NCBI GenBank assembly: GCA_964016885.1 | Contig: OZ024748.1 | Location: 42,904,001 to 42,968,000, forward strand | Source of the DNA: Eledone cirrhosa | Lineage: Eukaryota | Length of the DNA: 64,000 bases | Reading direction: 5' to 3' | Part shown: positions 37,685-52,030 of the stretch, piece by piece | Numbering within the stretch: the stretch's first letter is position 1 | Layout of the letters: every line of letters starts with the position of its first letter | Notes under the pieces: model-generated | What the model saw: the letters and a program-made list of their open reading frames with translations, nothing else | What the model was told of the DNA's origin: nothing | Databases searched by the model: none | Made by a program: the position numbers and the translations under genes

Positions 37685-38582
37685 ATCATCATCATCTTCA
37701 TTTTACGTCCGCTTTGCCCTGCTTGCAAAGGTGGGACGGGTCTTATTTAGCACAGCATCTCTCCACTTGCCACGGTCCCTCGTCATCTCATCGGTGAGCT
37801 TCAGCAATCTGAGGTCTGTTCTCACCACCTCCGCCCATGTTTTTTGTGGTTTACCTCTACAATGTCTTCCTTCAACTGGCATTTCCTGGCACTTTTTCAC
37901 CCATCGGTCATCCTCCATGCGCATCACATGTCCATACCACCACAGTCTCCTCTCTTGCACACTACATTCTATCCCTCTCAGACACAGTTTCTCTCTCAAC
38001 ACATCCATGCTGGGTCGTTCACGCACATTGACACTGCACATCCAACGGAGCATGCTTGCCTCATTTCTCTCCAGCCGTCGCATATCCTCTGCAGTTGCTG
38101 CCCATGTCTCACTACCATGCAGCATTGCGCTCCTCACACAGGCATCATATGACCGGCCTTTCGTACGCAGAGAGAAACCCTTCTTCGTCAGCAGAGGAAG
38201 CAGCTCCCTAAACTTCTTCCAATCCTTCTTATTCTAGATACTATGGCCTCGGAACACCCCCTCCCATGCTAATCTGATCTCTTAGGTACCGGAAGCTATC
38301 CACCACTTCTATAGCACCTGCTTGCATTTGAAAAATGTGTCTATCAATGCGACTTCTACTGTCTGATTTCCCTGTACATCTACTGCATACATGTTTCTCC
38401 CTACCTGTTAGTTTGCCTGCTATCCCGCTACATCTCTTGTGTACCCAGGATCTACATTGTGTGTATTTTATAGAATTTATGCCAGTTCCTTTTCTGCATA
38501 TCGAACATGGCCATTTCCCTGACGGAATCAGTTTTGTCCTCTTTTCTACTCATCAACACTTTTGACTTAGCTAGGTTCATTA
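37685..38582 (-). mobile_element. RTE-clade LINE 3' fragment (family 2), ~900 bp
   Basis: ORF 37703-38137: RSAMLHGSETW...MLRWMC...LWWYGHVMRM...RGKPQKTW...DRGKWR. Confidence 0.92.
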
Positions 38583-38625
<43 letters not shown>

Positions 38626-38630
<5 letters not shown>

Positions 38631-39090
38631 CCTGTGTGAGGAGCGCGATGCTGCATGGTAGTGAGACATGGGCAGCAACTGCAGAGGATATGCGACGGCT
38701 GGAGAGAAATGAGGCAAGCATGCTCCGTTGGATGTGCAATGTCTGTCAATGTGCGTGAACGACCCAGCATGGGTGTGTTAAGAGAGAAACTGTGTCTGAG
38801 AGGGATAGAATATAGTGTGCGAGAGAGGAGACTGAGGTGGTATGGACATGTGATGCGCATGGAGGATGACCGATGGGTGAAGAAGTGCCAGGAAATGCCA
38901 GTTGAAGGAAGACATGGTAGAGGTAGACCACGAAAAACATGGGCGGAGGTGGTGAGAATAGACCTCAGATTGCTGAAGCTCACTGAGGAGATGATGAAGG
39001 ACCGTGACAAGTGGAGAGATGCTGTGCTGAATAGGGCCCGTCCCACCCTTGCAAGCAGGGCAAAGCGGACGTAAAATGATGGTGATGCTG
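38626..39090 (+). mobile_element. RTE-clade LINE 3' fragment (family 2), inverted relative to the 37685 copy
   Basis: YDACVRSAMLHGSETW...LRWYGHVMRM...GRGRPRKTW; one frameshift near 38741. Confidence 0.92.
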
Positions 39091-39455
39091 ATATATATAT
39101 ATAGTGTAATGTTTAGTTACTGATAGCTCACTAGTTTCACTACCCAAAGCTAATATTTAGGTATGGCTACTGTGAATCCACAAGTCTTGGTAAGTTATAG
39201 TTTCCAGAGTCGGTCCCTATTAAAATGATCAATTGTAAAATTCTCATCCTCCTTACTAGGGTCGATAAAATAAAGTACCAGTAACGCACTGGGGTTTTGG
39301 TTTGACTTTCCCCTTTTTTTCAAATTGCTCGCCTCGTGCATAAACCAGAAACCATTGTTATGTATATAAGATGGTGAAATAAACAAATCTGCTTTTTCTT
39401 GAAGAATGTTTTTAATTTCTGTTCCTACTCACATCCTACATATAACATTTACTGA

Positions 39456-40210
39456 TGCACACGCACACACACACACACACACACATACACCACACACTCA
39501 TACACACACACATACTCATACTCACACGCGCACACATACTCATACACACACACACATGCGCGCACACATACTCATACACACACATACATACATACATACA
39601 CCACACATACTCATACACACGCACACACATACTCATACACACGCACACACATACTCATACATACACACGCACATGCGCACACATACATACATACACCACA
39701 CACTCATACATACACACACCACACAGTCTTAAATGGAAACACAAATAATGGTTGATATTATATTTGGTTAAAAGAATAAGGAAATATCGTCATCTTCACC
39801 ATCATCACCATCACCACCATCGTCATCACCACAATCAACATCAATATTACCATCATCATCATCACCACCATCAATATCAACATTATTGTAGCCATTGCCA
39901 CCACCGATTCACTTTCCATCCAGTCATGGATTAAAGATATTTGATGTTATTTTAAAAACATGTAACATGAATAAATCTCAACACACACACACAAATATGT
40001 GTGTATATATTTACATATATGTGTATATATATATGCATGTGTGTGTGTGTGTCTGTATATATATGTGTGTGTGTCTGTATATATATGTGTGTGTGTCTGT
40101 GTATATATGTGTGTGTGTGTGTGTGTGCGTGTGTATATGTATATATTTCTGTGTGTGTGTGTGTGTATACGAGTGTATATATGTATATATGAATGTATGT
40201 ATATATCTAT
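39456..40210. repeat. Block of (CA)n, (CAT/CAC)n and (TG/TA)n microsatellites
   Basis: Simple-repeat runs. Confidence 0.85.
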
Positions 40211-42097
40211 AATTGCAGTGCTGTCATGAAGTAGAATGGTCTCACCATTTCTGTTCTCTAACAAGACAATAGTGTCACAGATTTGTTTTGTCGTTACATA
40301 ATAAACCTCCAACAAATTAACTACGTGACTTGGAATTAGGTTTTGTTTTTGTTACTCTTCTACATTTTTCTCTTTATCTCACTCGTAGCACCTAATGTTA
40401 GATAAAAAGTTCAGAGTTAGTCATATATCTTTACTACTGCTGTCACCGCTACTGTTTATTTTCTCTTCAGTATTTCAATGTTTTCACATAGTTTCCTCAC
40501 TGCTATAATACTCCACAATATTTCATTTGTAATGCCTTGGATCTTGGAATCTTAACTAAAACGGTATATTCCGGAATCTTAACTAAAGCGGTATATCCTG
40601 CAATTTTAACTTAACGGTATGTCTCTTGTATTTGATGATGTTTACATAGTTTCCTCACTGCTACATTTTAAAAACTTCACAATATTCCATTTCTAATACT
40701 TTGAATCCCGGAATTTTAACTAAAACGGTATGTCCTGAATCTTAACTTAAACAGTATCTCCTGGAATCTTAACTTAAACGGTATGTCCCAGAATCTTAAC
40801 TTAAACTGTTTGCCGCTCATATTTGATGAATTCACAGTATTCCATTTCTAATGTCTTGAATTCTGGAATCTTAATTTGAAATAATAATGGAAATTATTGT
40901 GTACAGTGCTTAGGTGTACTACAACTTATCAAAGGTGCATGTATAGTATATAGAATAATGGGTTTTTTTTTTTTTTACTGATTATATAACCCCATTGTTT
41001 GACTGACTGAATAGATATTAAGTAAATTCTTCATCAAACCCTGACAAAACTATGTTTGTAGATTTAACACAGGCACACAAACACATACATGTATGCATGC
41101 ACACACACAATGTACACAAACACACAATGTGCACAAATACACACATACACATACGCACTTCACCTAACTGTAAAAAAGCTGTTTGTAGATTCAACACACA
41201 CACACATACTCTCACTCACTCACACATACTCTCACTCACACACACACTCACACATACACACACACTCATCGAAACAGTCAGATAGGTAGACAACATTAAT
41301 TTCTAGTATGAATAAAACCATTTTAGAATATTTGCACTCACTGCTTTTTAGTCCGTCTGAATTCTAATTATCTTCCGTGGATTCTAAATAAAAACATTTT
41401 CAACCAAATTTGACAGATTGTAGCATTCCTATGTGACAGGCTGTATAGTTATAAAATAGATCTGTTTTCTTTGGTTGATGTTTCCATAATTCAATGTGGA
41501 AAGCTACTTACCATCTTCACAAAGTAACCAATTCTTCAATAATCCTCTTACGATTTCTTAGAGATTTGGAATTTTACCAATCTGTGGTTATGGGAAGAAT
41601 TTGTTGGCTTTATTTTATCTGTACTCTGTAAAGTAGTTGACTGGGATGTGTGTTGTATTGTTGATCCAAACATGTCATTTCATGTTGCTCCAGTATACTC
41701 AGCTGAAAATGAGTACCAGCAATAGGTGGGGGTGGGGGGTGGGGGTAACTCTGCGATGGACTGCCGTCCTGTTCAGTGGGTTGTCTTGTACTCTCAATTG
41801 CTTAATACCTCGAAAACCGGGCCTGATGAGCCCCTACACTTGAGACAGACTTTAACACTGGGCTAGTGGAAGAAACTTGCTCAAGGTGCCATGCAAAGAG
41901 ACTGCTCCTGAAACCATATGGTTGTAAAGTGAACTTCTAAACTACACAGCCATACCTGTGGGTATTGTGTGTTTATATATAAATTTATGGGATTCAACAT
42001 CAACGATGAATGAGTTGTGTAACGTAGAGTGCTTTTTCTACTATTACATCATGGTTAACTAAACGGAATGACCAGATCTATCCAGTGGCGAACCACA

Positions 42098-42135
<38 letters not shown>

Positions 42136-42420
42136 GAATGTGGTATGTTTGTAATATGAAATATTATTTATGTTCATATATGGAAGAAAGGCACAACCCA
42201 AGGTTTCAAGGCCCAAATATTAATATAAAATCTAAAGAATTGATATCCTGGTTCCCACGGCACACTGACATTAGTACAATGAGAAATTAGATCCTCTGAT
42301 AGTTTTATTCATTCACAGCTGTTGCCCCAGTCACTGTTAGTGGTTGTTTATTTTTTTGTGTGTGACTGTGTATGTATGTATATATATACATACACGCACA
42401 CACACATATATAGTAAAAGA

Positions 42421-42472
<52 letters not shown>

Positions 42473-43476
42473 ATGATAATAATACTATTATATATATATA
42501 TTATAATCTTGATGTAATAAAGATGTTTGTCTGAAAAACAAGGAATTATCGCCCCCCCCCCCACTCTCTCTCTCTCTATATATATATATATACTGAACCA
42601 AAATAATTATTCAATAATAGCCTAATTATTGTTTTAATTAATTTTTTGGTGGGGAGTGGGGGGAATTGCAGTGTAATCAATAAGGAAGTTATTAGTTATT
42701 GAGTATTACTTTTCTCTTTTTAAACCAAACAAATCAATATCAAATTTACTTAAAGCAAATATTTTCTGAAGGGAAATCAACTGAAGAAGTGAACTATGGT
42801 TTGTTCCATGGGAAATCAACTGAAGAGGTGAACTATGGTTTGTTCTGGTTTGTTCCAGTTTGACCTTGTGAAATATTTGGGGTTAAAATAGATTTTGTAG
42901 TCTGTCATAACACACCAGTGGACTCTATATGGTGCTGTGTTCCCCCTCCCCATGTTAGCTAACCTGATAAAAAGAGCACCTAGCCCTCATGATAAAAAGC
43001 ACCCAGTTCACACTGTGAAGTGGCTGTTTTGGTGACAGCAAAGGCACCCAGTCTACACTGTAAAGTTGTCATCTTTGAGCCATGGCAAAAAGCACCCATT
43101 CCACTCTGTAAAGTGGAAAAATGGTGGTAAAATGGTAGTTATGATGATGATGGCTGTATAATGGGTTTGACCATGTATATCTGGTTTAAAATAGGGACAC
43201 TGTATCCCTGTATATTGTAAGAGGTGACTAAAAGAGTTGGTAGCGGAAAGGGTGTCCAGTTGTAAAAGGACCCCATGTCATAAAGGGAGGGGGACACACA
43301 CAAGGCTGACCCCTTCTTTAATGGAGGAACTGCACTTAAAATATTTTTGTTCTTGTTGTATAATGAATTGTTTATTTTTTCAATTATTTATTTTTTAATT
43401 ATTTAGTCTTTGTTTATTTTTAACTGTTTATTTTTTAAATTATTTTTTAATTGTATATTTTTGTTTTTCATTGAAG

Positions 43477-43547
43477 GTTAAATCAACTTAATCAAAAGTT
43501 TGATGAGGTAAAAAAATCTGGAAATATGCTTCCAACTGCAGATATAA
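43477..43547 (+). CDS. CLASP: CLASP exon G (end of TOG1): (K)LNQLNQKFDEVKKSGNMLPTADI
   Basis: T-rich tract ...ttgaag|G acceptor and A|gtaagt donor; 71 nt, phase 2 to 1. KFDEV.KSGNM motif as in CLASP1. Confidence 0.93.
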
Positions 43548-44999
43548 GTAAGTATTGCTCTACCTGGCTGTCTCTTTCTCTTTCTCCAGCAATAATTGTT
43601 ACTTGTTTCCTATCAACTGTAACATTTAACACTTCCATCACCACTGCTACACTAATCAGAGCTGACAACTAATTATAATAGGTTTACTACTGGGGAACAA
43701 ATTTAACTATTACACACTCTCAACCCCACCCCACCCCGCATACTCAACACACTCTCTCACAGACACTCACACTTACATTCTTACACAAACGCGTGCGCAC
43801 ACACACACACTCTCAACTCCCCCACTCCGACCCCTGTCTGACTTACACAACACACTCTCACACGCACTTTCACACATTCACACACACACTTCCAACACAC
43901 ACAACACGCACTCTCACACATTCAAACACTTACATTCTTACACACAACACGCACTTTCACACATTCACACACTCACATTCTTACACACACAACACGCACT
44001 TTCACACATTCACACACTCACATTCTTACACACACACACGATGTCTATATTTATTAAAGGTAACATAATTAATATAGCATTGATTATATATTCCAATACC
44101 ACAGGTATTATTTATAGATTTGTTAGTGAACACTAATAGAAAATAGCATTTGAAACAAAACATTGTTAACACACCTGTAATTAATGAAGTGTTCTGTAGA
44201 TATCATCATGGTTATTGGTTTTATGTCCTCTTTCACCCACTTGCATGGGCCATGACGAGACTTTTTGAGGCAACTATGCTATGGCCAGAGGCCCTTCCTA
44301 ATTCCAACCTGTTTTATTAAAGTATTATATACCTGATGTTGGACTACTATACTGTGGGACATAGTGCTTGCGACAGACATAAACAAATCACTGCTGGCTT
44401 TGAAGTGAGGTTGATATGATGACATTCATGGTGACAGATGCACACACACACATAAACTTTCTTTTTCACACACTCTTTAACACACATACACACACACTCT
44501 CTCTCTGTCTCTTTATCACACACTTCCTCTAGCACACACAGCCACACTGTTTAACACACCCACAACCACACTCTCTCTTTAACAGACACACACACACACA
44601 CACAACCACACTCTCTCTTTAACACACACACACACACATGGTGTAAAGAGTCTAGTTATATGCTGTCTTTCATGTAAAACATCAAGGTAACTCCATATAA
44701 ACTCCTATAAAATCTCTTACAGTGTAGAATATATTTAGTGCCTTTAGTTAACTTCCCTACTGTGATTTCATGGTCCCTTTTCAACTTTAATGAAGATCCA
44801 CTGAAGATAGCTGTGACTAAATTTAGTGTTTCTCACATGAGACTTTAATATGGTAGTAACTACAGGTCTTAAACATAACCAGACAACTAAAGACCACTGT
44901 ATTCCATGTAATTCATTTAGTTTAGTTTAATTATAATTTTTGAGTTGTCTCCCATGCCTCCTATAATTTGTTTTTTTTAATTAAAATTAATAATGAAGA

Positions 45000-45185
45000 T
45001 AATTGTTTCTACTTTTGGCACAAGGCCAGCAATTTCCCATTACATTACTGGTACTTTATTTTATCGAACCCGAAAGGATGAAAGGCAAAGTTAACCTCGG
45101 CGGGATTTGAACTCAGTCCGTAAAGGGACGTAACTATGCTGGAAAGCATGGCTCTCGACTCTCTACCGATACTGCCAATCCACTG
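45000..45185 (-). mobile_element. Nin/Deu SINE (antisense)
   Basis: Reverse complement of the 17818 family. Confidence 0.85.
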
Positions 45186-45461
45186 ATTATTCATATTATT
45201 AACCTTTTCAATACCAGCCTCCCTGTTTTTAAAATCATATTTAGATAAAACTGCGTCCATTATGATTTTATCTTAGAATATTTTGTCAGGTTATGTTCCT
45301 AATAAGTCATTTTAATAAACCCCTCAAAATTTGTGGTTATTTTTTTAAATTACCGTATACGATGGTTTGTTGGACGAACTCCCCCCCAAAAAAACCATAA
45401 AAAATCCCTGCATCCAATACACCTGTATCACACACATACGTCGACACATGTGCATACACAG

Positions 45462-45855
45462 CATCATCATCATCATCACCGTTTTTACGTCCGTTCTTCC
45501 ACCCTAGCATGGGTTAGAGGGGTTGTCCTGTTGTGGGCAGTGTCCAGTCAGCTAACCTTGTCTTGCTCATACGGGAACTGATTCTGGCTTGATTTCTACA
45601 GCTGGATGCCCTTCCTAACACCAACCTTATTTACAGTGAGTGCTGGGTGCTTTTTGCCGTGGCGCCTACACGTCCCCTTTACAGTGGAATGATAGGGACC
45701 CCAGACCCTATCATCTCATTTCTACAGCTGAGTAAACGGGAGCAATGTGAAATAAAGTGTCTTGCTCAAGGAAACAACACATCACCCGGTCTGAGGAATG
45801 AACTCACAACCTTTCGATTGCAAGGCCAATGCTCTAACCACTAAGCCTTCACATG
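45462..45855 (-). mobile_element. Near full-length CORE-like SINE with RTE-type tail
   Basis: Minus strand has head gcttagtggttagagcattggccttgcaatcgaaaggttgtgagttc; body as at 32350, tail as at 29820-29933. Confidence 0.8.
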
Positions 45856-46024
45856 CACATATACACACACACACATTGAGATATGTACACCTGTTATTAC
45901 TTTAGTAGAAAGTAAACCCTAGTTTCTCAACAGTAACAAGTAGTTTCTCCTAATGTGACGTAAATCTCTCTCTCTGCTAGTTTATTTAATATAGACACAA
46001 AACAATGTTACATTGTCTACATCT

Positions 46025-49000
46025 TTCTATCTGTATCTGGTGTGCTGTATATATCTATGTCTGTGTGTGTGTATGTCTGTATGTGGTGTGCTGTGCTGTA
46101 TATATCTATGTGTCTATGTCTGTATGTGGTGTGCAGTGCTGTATATATCTATGTCTGTGTGTGTGTGTGTATGTCTGTATCTGGTGTGCTGTGCTGTATA
46201 TATCTATGTGTCTGTGTGTGTGTATGTCTGTATGTGGTGTGCTGTGCTGTATATATCTATGTGTCTGTGTGTATATGTCTGTATGTGGTGTGCTGTGCTG
46301 TATATATCTATGTCTGTGTGTGTGTATGTCTGTATGTGGTGTGCTGTATATATCTGTGTGTGTGTATGTCTGTATGTGGTGTGCTGTGCTGTATATATCT
46401 GTGTGTGTGTATGTATGTGCTGTGCTGTATATATCTATGTCTCTGTGTGTGTGTGTGCTGTGCTGTATATATCTATGTGTGCGTGTGTGTGTGTATGTCT
46501 GTATGTGGTGTGCTGTATATATCTATGTGTCTGTGTCTGTGTGTGTGTATGTATGTGGTGTGCTGTGCTGTATATATCTATGTGTCTGTGTGTGTGTATG
46601 TCTGTATGTGGTGTGCTGTGCTGTATATATCTGTGTGTGTGTATGTCTGTATGTGGTGTGCTGTGCTGTATATATCTATGTGTCTGTGTGTGTGTGTATG
46701 TATGTGGTGTGCTGTGCTGTATATATCTATGTGTCTGTGTGTGTATGTCTGTATGTGGTGTGCTGTGCTGTATATATCTATGTGTATGTGTGTGTGTGTG
46801 TCAGTATGTGGTGTGCTGTGCTGTATATATCTATGTGTCTGTGTGTGTGTATGTCTGTATGTGGTGTGCTGTGCTGTATATATCTATGTGTCTGTGTGTG
46901 TGTATGTCTGTATGTGGTGTGCTGTGCTGTATATATCTATGTGTCTGTGTGTGTATGTCTGTATGTGGTTTGCTGTGCTGTATATATCTATGTGTTTGTG
47001 TGTGTGTATGTCTGTATGTGGTGTGCTGTGCTGTATATATCTGTGTGTCTGTGTGTGTGTATGTCTGTATGTGGTGTGCTGTGCTGTATATATCTATGTG
47101 TCTGTGTGTATGTCTGTATGTGGTGTGCTGTGCTGTATATATCTATGTGTTTGTGTGTGTGTAAGTCTGTATGTGGTGTGCTGTGCTCTATATATCTATG
47201 TGTCTGTGTGTGTATGTCTGTATGTGGTGTGCTGTGCTGTATATATCTATGTGTTTGTGTGTGTGTATGTCTGTATGTGGTGTGCTGTGCTGTATATATC
47301 TATGTTTCTGTGTGTGTGTATGTCTGTATGTGGTGTGCTGTGCTGTATATATCTGTGTGTCTGTGTGTGTATGTCTGTATGTGGTGTGCTGTGCTGTATA
47401 TATCTATGTGTCTGTGTGTGTATGTCTGTATGTGGTGTGCTGTGCTGTATATATCTATGTGTCTGTGTGTGTGTGTATGTCTGTATGTGGTGTGCTGTGC
47501 TGTATATATCTATGTGTCTGTGTGTGTGTATGTCTGTATGTGGTGTGCTGGGGTGTATATATCTATGTGTCTGTGTGTGTATGTATGTGGTGTGGTGTGC
47601 TGTATATATCTATGTGTCTGTGTGTGTGTGTGTATGTCTGTATGTGGTGTGCTGTGCTGTATATATATCTATGTGTCTGTGTGTGTATGTCTGTATGTGG
47701 TGTGCTGTGTATATCTGTGTGTGTGTGTGTGTATGTCTGTATGTGGTGTGCTGTGCTGTATATATCTATGTGTGCGTGTGTGTGTGTATGTCTGTATGTG
47801 GTGTGCTGTGCTGTATATATCTATGTGCCTGTGTGTGTGTATGTCTGTATGTGGTGTGCTGTGCTGTATATATCTATGTGTCTGTGTATATGTCTGTATG
47901 TGGTGTGCTGTGCTGTATATATATGTGTGTCTGTATGTGGTGTGCTGTGCTGTATATATCTATGTGTGTGTGTATGTCTGTATGTGGTGTGCTGTGCTGT
48001 ATATATATGTGTCTGTGTGTGTGTATGTCTGTATGTGGTGTGCTGTGCTGTATATATATGTGTGTCTGTCTGTATGTGGTGTGCTGTGGTGTATATATCT
48101 ATGTGTCTGTGTGTGTGTATGTGGTGTGCTGTGCTGTATATATCTGTGTCTGTGTGTGTGTATGTCTGTATGTGGTGTGCTGTGCTGTATATATCTATGT
48201 GTCTGTGTGTATGTCTGTATGTGGTGTGCTGTGCTGTATATATCTATGTGTCTGTGTGTGTGTGTATGTCTGTATATGGTGTGCTGTATATATCTATGTG
48301 TGCGTGTGTGTGTGTATGTCTGTATGTGGTGTGCTGTATATATCTATGTGTCTGTGTGTATATGTCTGTATGTGGTGTGCTGTGCTGTATATATCTATGT
48401 GTCTGTGTGTGTGTATGTCTGTATGTGGTGTGCTGTATATATCTATGTGTGTGTGTATGTCTGTATGTGGTGTGCTGTATATATCTATGTGTCTGTGTGT
48501 GTATGTCTGTATGTGGTGTGCTGTGCTGTATATATCTATGTGTCTGTGTGTGTATGTCTGTATGTGGTGTGTTGTGCTGTATATATCTATGTGTCTGTGT
48601 GTGTGTGTATGTCTGTATGTAGTGTGCTGTGCTGTATATATCTATGTGTCTGTGTGTGTGTATGTCTGTATGTGGTGTGCTGTATATATCTATGTGTGCG
48701 TGTGTGTGTGTATGTCTGTATGTGGTCTGCTGTATATATCTATGTGTCTGTGTGTGTATGTCTGTATGTGGTGTGCTGTGCTGTATATATCTATGTGTCT
48801 GTGTGTGTATGTCTGTATGTGGTGTGTTGTGCTGTATATATCTATGTGTCTGTGTGTGTGTATGTCTGTATGTAGTGTGCTGTGCTGTATATATCTATGT
48901 GCCTGTGTGTGTGTATGTCTGTATGTGGTGTGCTGTGCTGTATATATCTATGTGTCTGTGTGTGTATGTATGTGGTGTGCTGTGCTGTGCTGTATATATC

Positions 49001-50640
49001 TATGTGTCTGTGTGTGTGTATGTCTGTATGTGGTGTGTTGTGCTGTATATATCTATGTGTCTGTGTGTGTATGTCAGTATGTGGTGTGCTGTGCTGTTTA
49101 TATCTATGTGTCTGTGTGTGTGTGTATGTATGTGGTGTGCTGTGCTGTATATATCTATGTGTCTGTGTGTGTGTATGTCTGTATGTGGTGTGTTGTGCTG
49201 TATATATCTGTGTGTGTGTATGTCTGTATGTGGTGTGCTGTGCTGTATATATCTATGTGTCTGTGTGTGTGTATGTCTGTATGTGGTGTGCTGTGCTGTA
49301 TATATCTATGTGTCTGTGTGTGTGTATGTCTGTATGTGGTGTGCTGTGCTGTATATATCTGTGTCTGTGTGTGTGTATGTCTGTATGTGGTGTGCTGTGC
49401 TGTATATATCTATGTGTCTGTGTGTGTATGTCTGTATGTGGTGTGCTGTGCTGTATATATCTGTGTCTGTGTGTGTATGTCTGTATGTGGTGTGCTGTGC
49501 TGTATATATCTATGTGTCTGTGTGTGTGTATGTCTGTATGTGGTGTGCTGTGCTGTATATATCTATGTGTGTGTGTGTATGTCTGTATGTGGTGTGCTGT
49601 ATATATCTATGTGTCTGTGTGTGTGTATGTCTGTATGTGGTGTGCTGTGCTGTATATATCTATGTGTGTGTGTGTATGTCTGTATGTGGTGTGCTGTATA
49701 TATCTATGTCTGTGTGTGTGTATGTCTGTATGTGCTGTGCTGTATATATCTATGTGTCTGTGTGTGTATGTCAGTATGTGGTGTGCTGTGCTGTATATAT
49801 CTATGTGTCTGTGTGTGTGTGTATGTATGTGGTGTGCTGTGCTGTATATATCTATGTCTCTGTGTGTGTGTATGTCTGTATGTGGTGTGCTGTGCTGTAT
49901 ATATCTGTGTCTGTGTGTATGTCTGTATGTGGTGTGCTGTGCTGTATATATCTATGTGTCTGTGTGTGTATGTCTGTATGTGGTGTGCTGTGCTGTATAT
50001 ATCTATGTGTCTGTGTGTGTATGTCTGTATGTGGTGTGCTGTGCTGTATATATCTATGTGTCTGTGTGTGTGTATGTCTGTATGTGGTGTGCTGTGCTGT
50101 ATATATCTATGTGTCTGTGTGTGTGTATGTCTGTATGTGGTGTGCTGTGCTGTATATATCTATGTGTCTGTGTGTGTGTATGTCTGTATGTGGTGTGCTG
50201 TGCTGTATATATCTATGTGTCTGTGTGTATGTCTGTATGTGGTGTGCTGTGCTGTATATATCTATGTGTCTGTGTGTGTATGTCTGTATGTGGTGTGCTG
50301 TGCTGTATATATCTATGTGTCTGTGTGTGTATGTCTGTATGTGGTGTGCTGTGCTGTATATATCTATGTGTCTGTGTGTGTATGTCTGTATGTGGTGTGC
50401 TGTATATATCTGTGTCTGTGTGTGTTTGTCTATGTGGTGTGTGTGTGTCTGTAATGTGTGTGTTTGTGTCTGTATGTCTGTCTGTTTGTGTGTGTGTCTG
50501 TCTGCTGTCTGTGTTGTGTGTGTCTGCCTGTCTGTCTGTCTGTGTAATGTGTGTGTCTGTCTGTGTATGGTGTGTGTCTGTCTGTCTTTGTGTCTCTCTG
50601 TGTGTGTGTGTGTGTGTGTGTCTGTGGTGTGTCTGTATGA
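46025..50640. repeat. ~50-bp TG-rich minisatellite, ~4.4 kb, followed by (TG/TCTG)n
   Basis: Unit gtatgtctgtatgtggtgtgctgtgctgtatatatctatgtgtct(gt)n. It lacks stop codons, hence the long spurious ORFs. Confidence 0.97.
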
Positions 50641-51019
50641 AATTTGAGTAGTAAAAGAACAAAACAAATATAAATACAACTTAAAATGAAAAACAAAACA
50701 AAAAACTGAATAAAGTTCATCATTTTCTGTCTACTGTTCCATTGTGACATGAGTTGAACATGTCACAACAGACTGTAGTGTTACTGTTATGTTAGATGAC
50801 TGAGAGGACTCTATGTTGCTCATATATGTTCTTCAGGTCAACCACTTTACAGAGTGTACTGGGTACATCAGGAAACTGGCACTAGAGAGGTTGACTTGTC
50901 CTTGATGTAACTGAACAATTTTCTCGCATGATTTCTACAACTGGATGGCTTTGGATGTCTTACCTAATGCCAACCACTTCACACAGTTTATTGGGAGTAT
51001 TTATTGGGCTGTTGACACT

Positions 51020-52030
51020 AATGACTCCAGTACACTCTAGAGAGGAGTATGTACTGTTGTCTAGCACATGGTACCCTCTCTAGTGCTGGTGCCATGATAA
51101 ATGACTCCAGTAGACTCTAGAGACGAGTATGTAGTGTTGTCTAGGACATGGTACCCTCTCTAGTGCTGGTGCTGTGATATATGACTCCAGTACACTCTAG
51201 AGAGGAGTATGTAGTGTTGTCTAGGACATGGTACCCTCTCTAGTGCTGGTGCCATGATAAATGACCTCAGTACACTCTAGAGAGGAGTATGTAGTGTTGC
51301 CTAGGACATGGTACCCTCTCTAGTGCTGGTGCCATGATAAATGACCTCAGTACACTCTAGAGAGGAGTATGTAGTGTTGCCTAGGACATGGTACCCTCTC
51401 TAGTGCTGGTGCCATGATAAATGACCTCAGTACACTCTAGAGAGGAGTATGTAGTGTTGCCTAGGACATGGTACCCTCTCTAGTGCTGGTGCCATGATAA
51501 ATGACCTCAGTACACTCTAGAGAGGAGTATGTAGTGTTGCCTAGGACATGGTACCCTCTCTAGTGCTGGTGCCATGATAAATGACCTCAGTACACTCTAG
51601 AGAGGAGTATGTAGTGTTGCCTAGGACATGGTACCCTCTCTAGTGCTGGTGCTGTGATATATGACTCCAGTACACTCTAGAGATGAGTATGTAGTGTTGT
51701 CTAGGACATGGTACCCTCTCTAGTGCTGGTGCTGTGATAAATGACTCCAGTACACTCTAGAGAGGAGTCTGTAGTATTGTCTACGACATGGTACCCTCTC
51801 TAGTGCTGGTGCCATGATAAATGACTCCAGTACACTCTAGAGAGGAGTATGTAGTGTTTTCTAGGACATGGTACCCTCTCTAGTGCTGGTGCTGTGATAT
51901 ATGACTCCAGTAGACTCTAGAGAGGAGTATGTAGTGTTGTCTAGGACATGGTACCCTCTCTAGTGCTGGTGCTGTGATAAATGACTCCAGTACACTCTAG
52001 TGTCTGTAGTGTTGTCTAGGACATGGCAAC
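51020..52030. repeat. 80-bp tandem repeat, about 12.5 copies
   Basis: atgac(tc/ct)cagtacactctagagagg recurs at 51181, 51261 and onward. Confidence 0.96.

Noticed and set aside
41810-41855. CTGATGAG motif
   Set aside because: It is part of a SINE 3' region (compare 721-770) and has no downstream GAAA or helix II.
46005-50651. ORFs of up to 1470 aa rich in Cys/Val
   Set aside because: They are open in all three frames of a stop-poor TG minisatellite, so they are artefacts.
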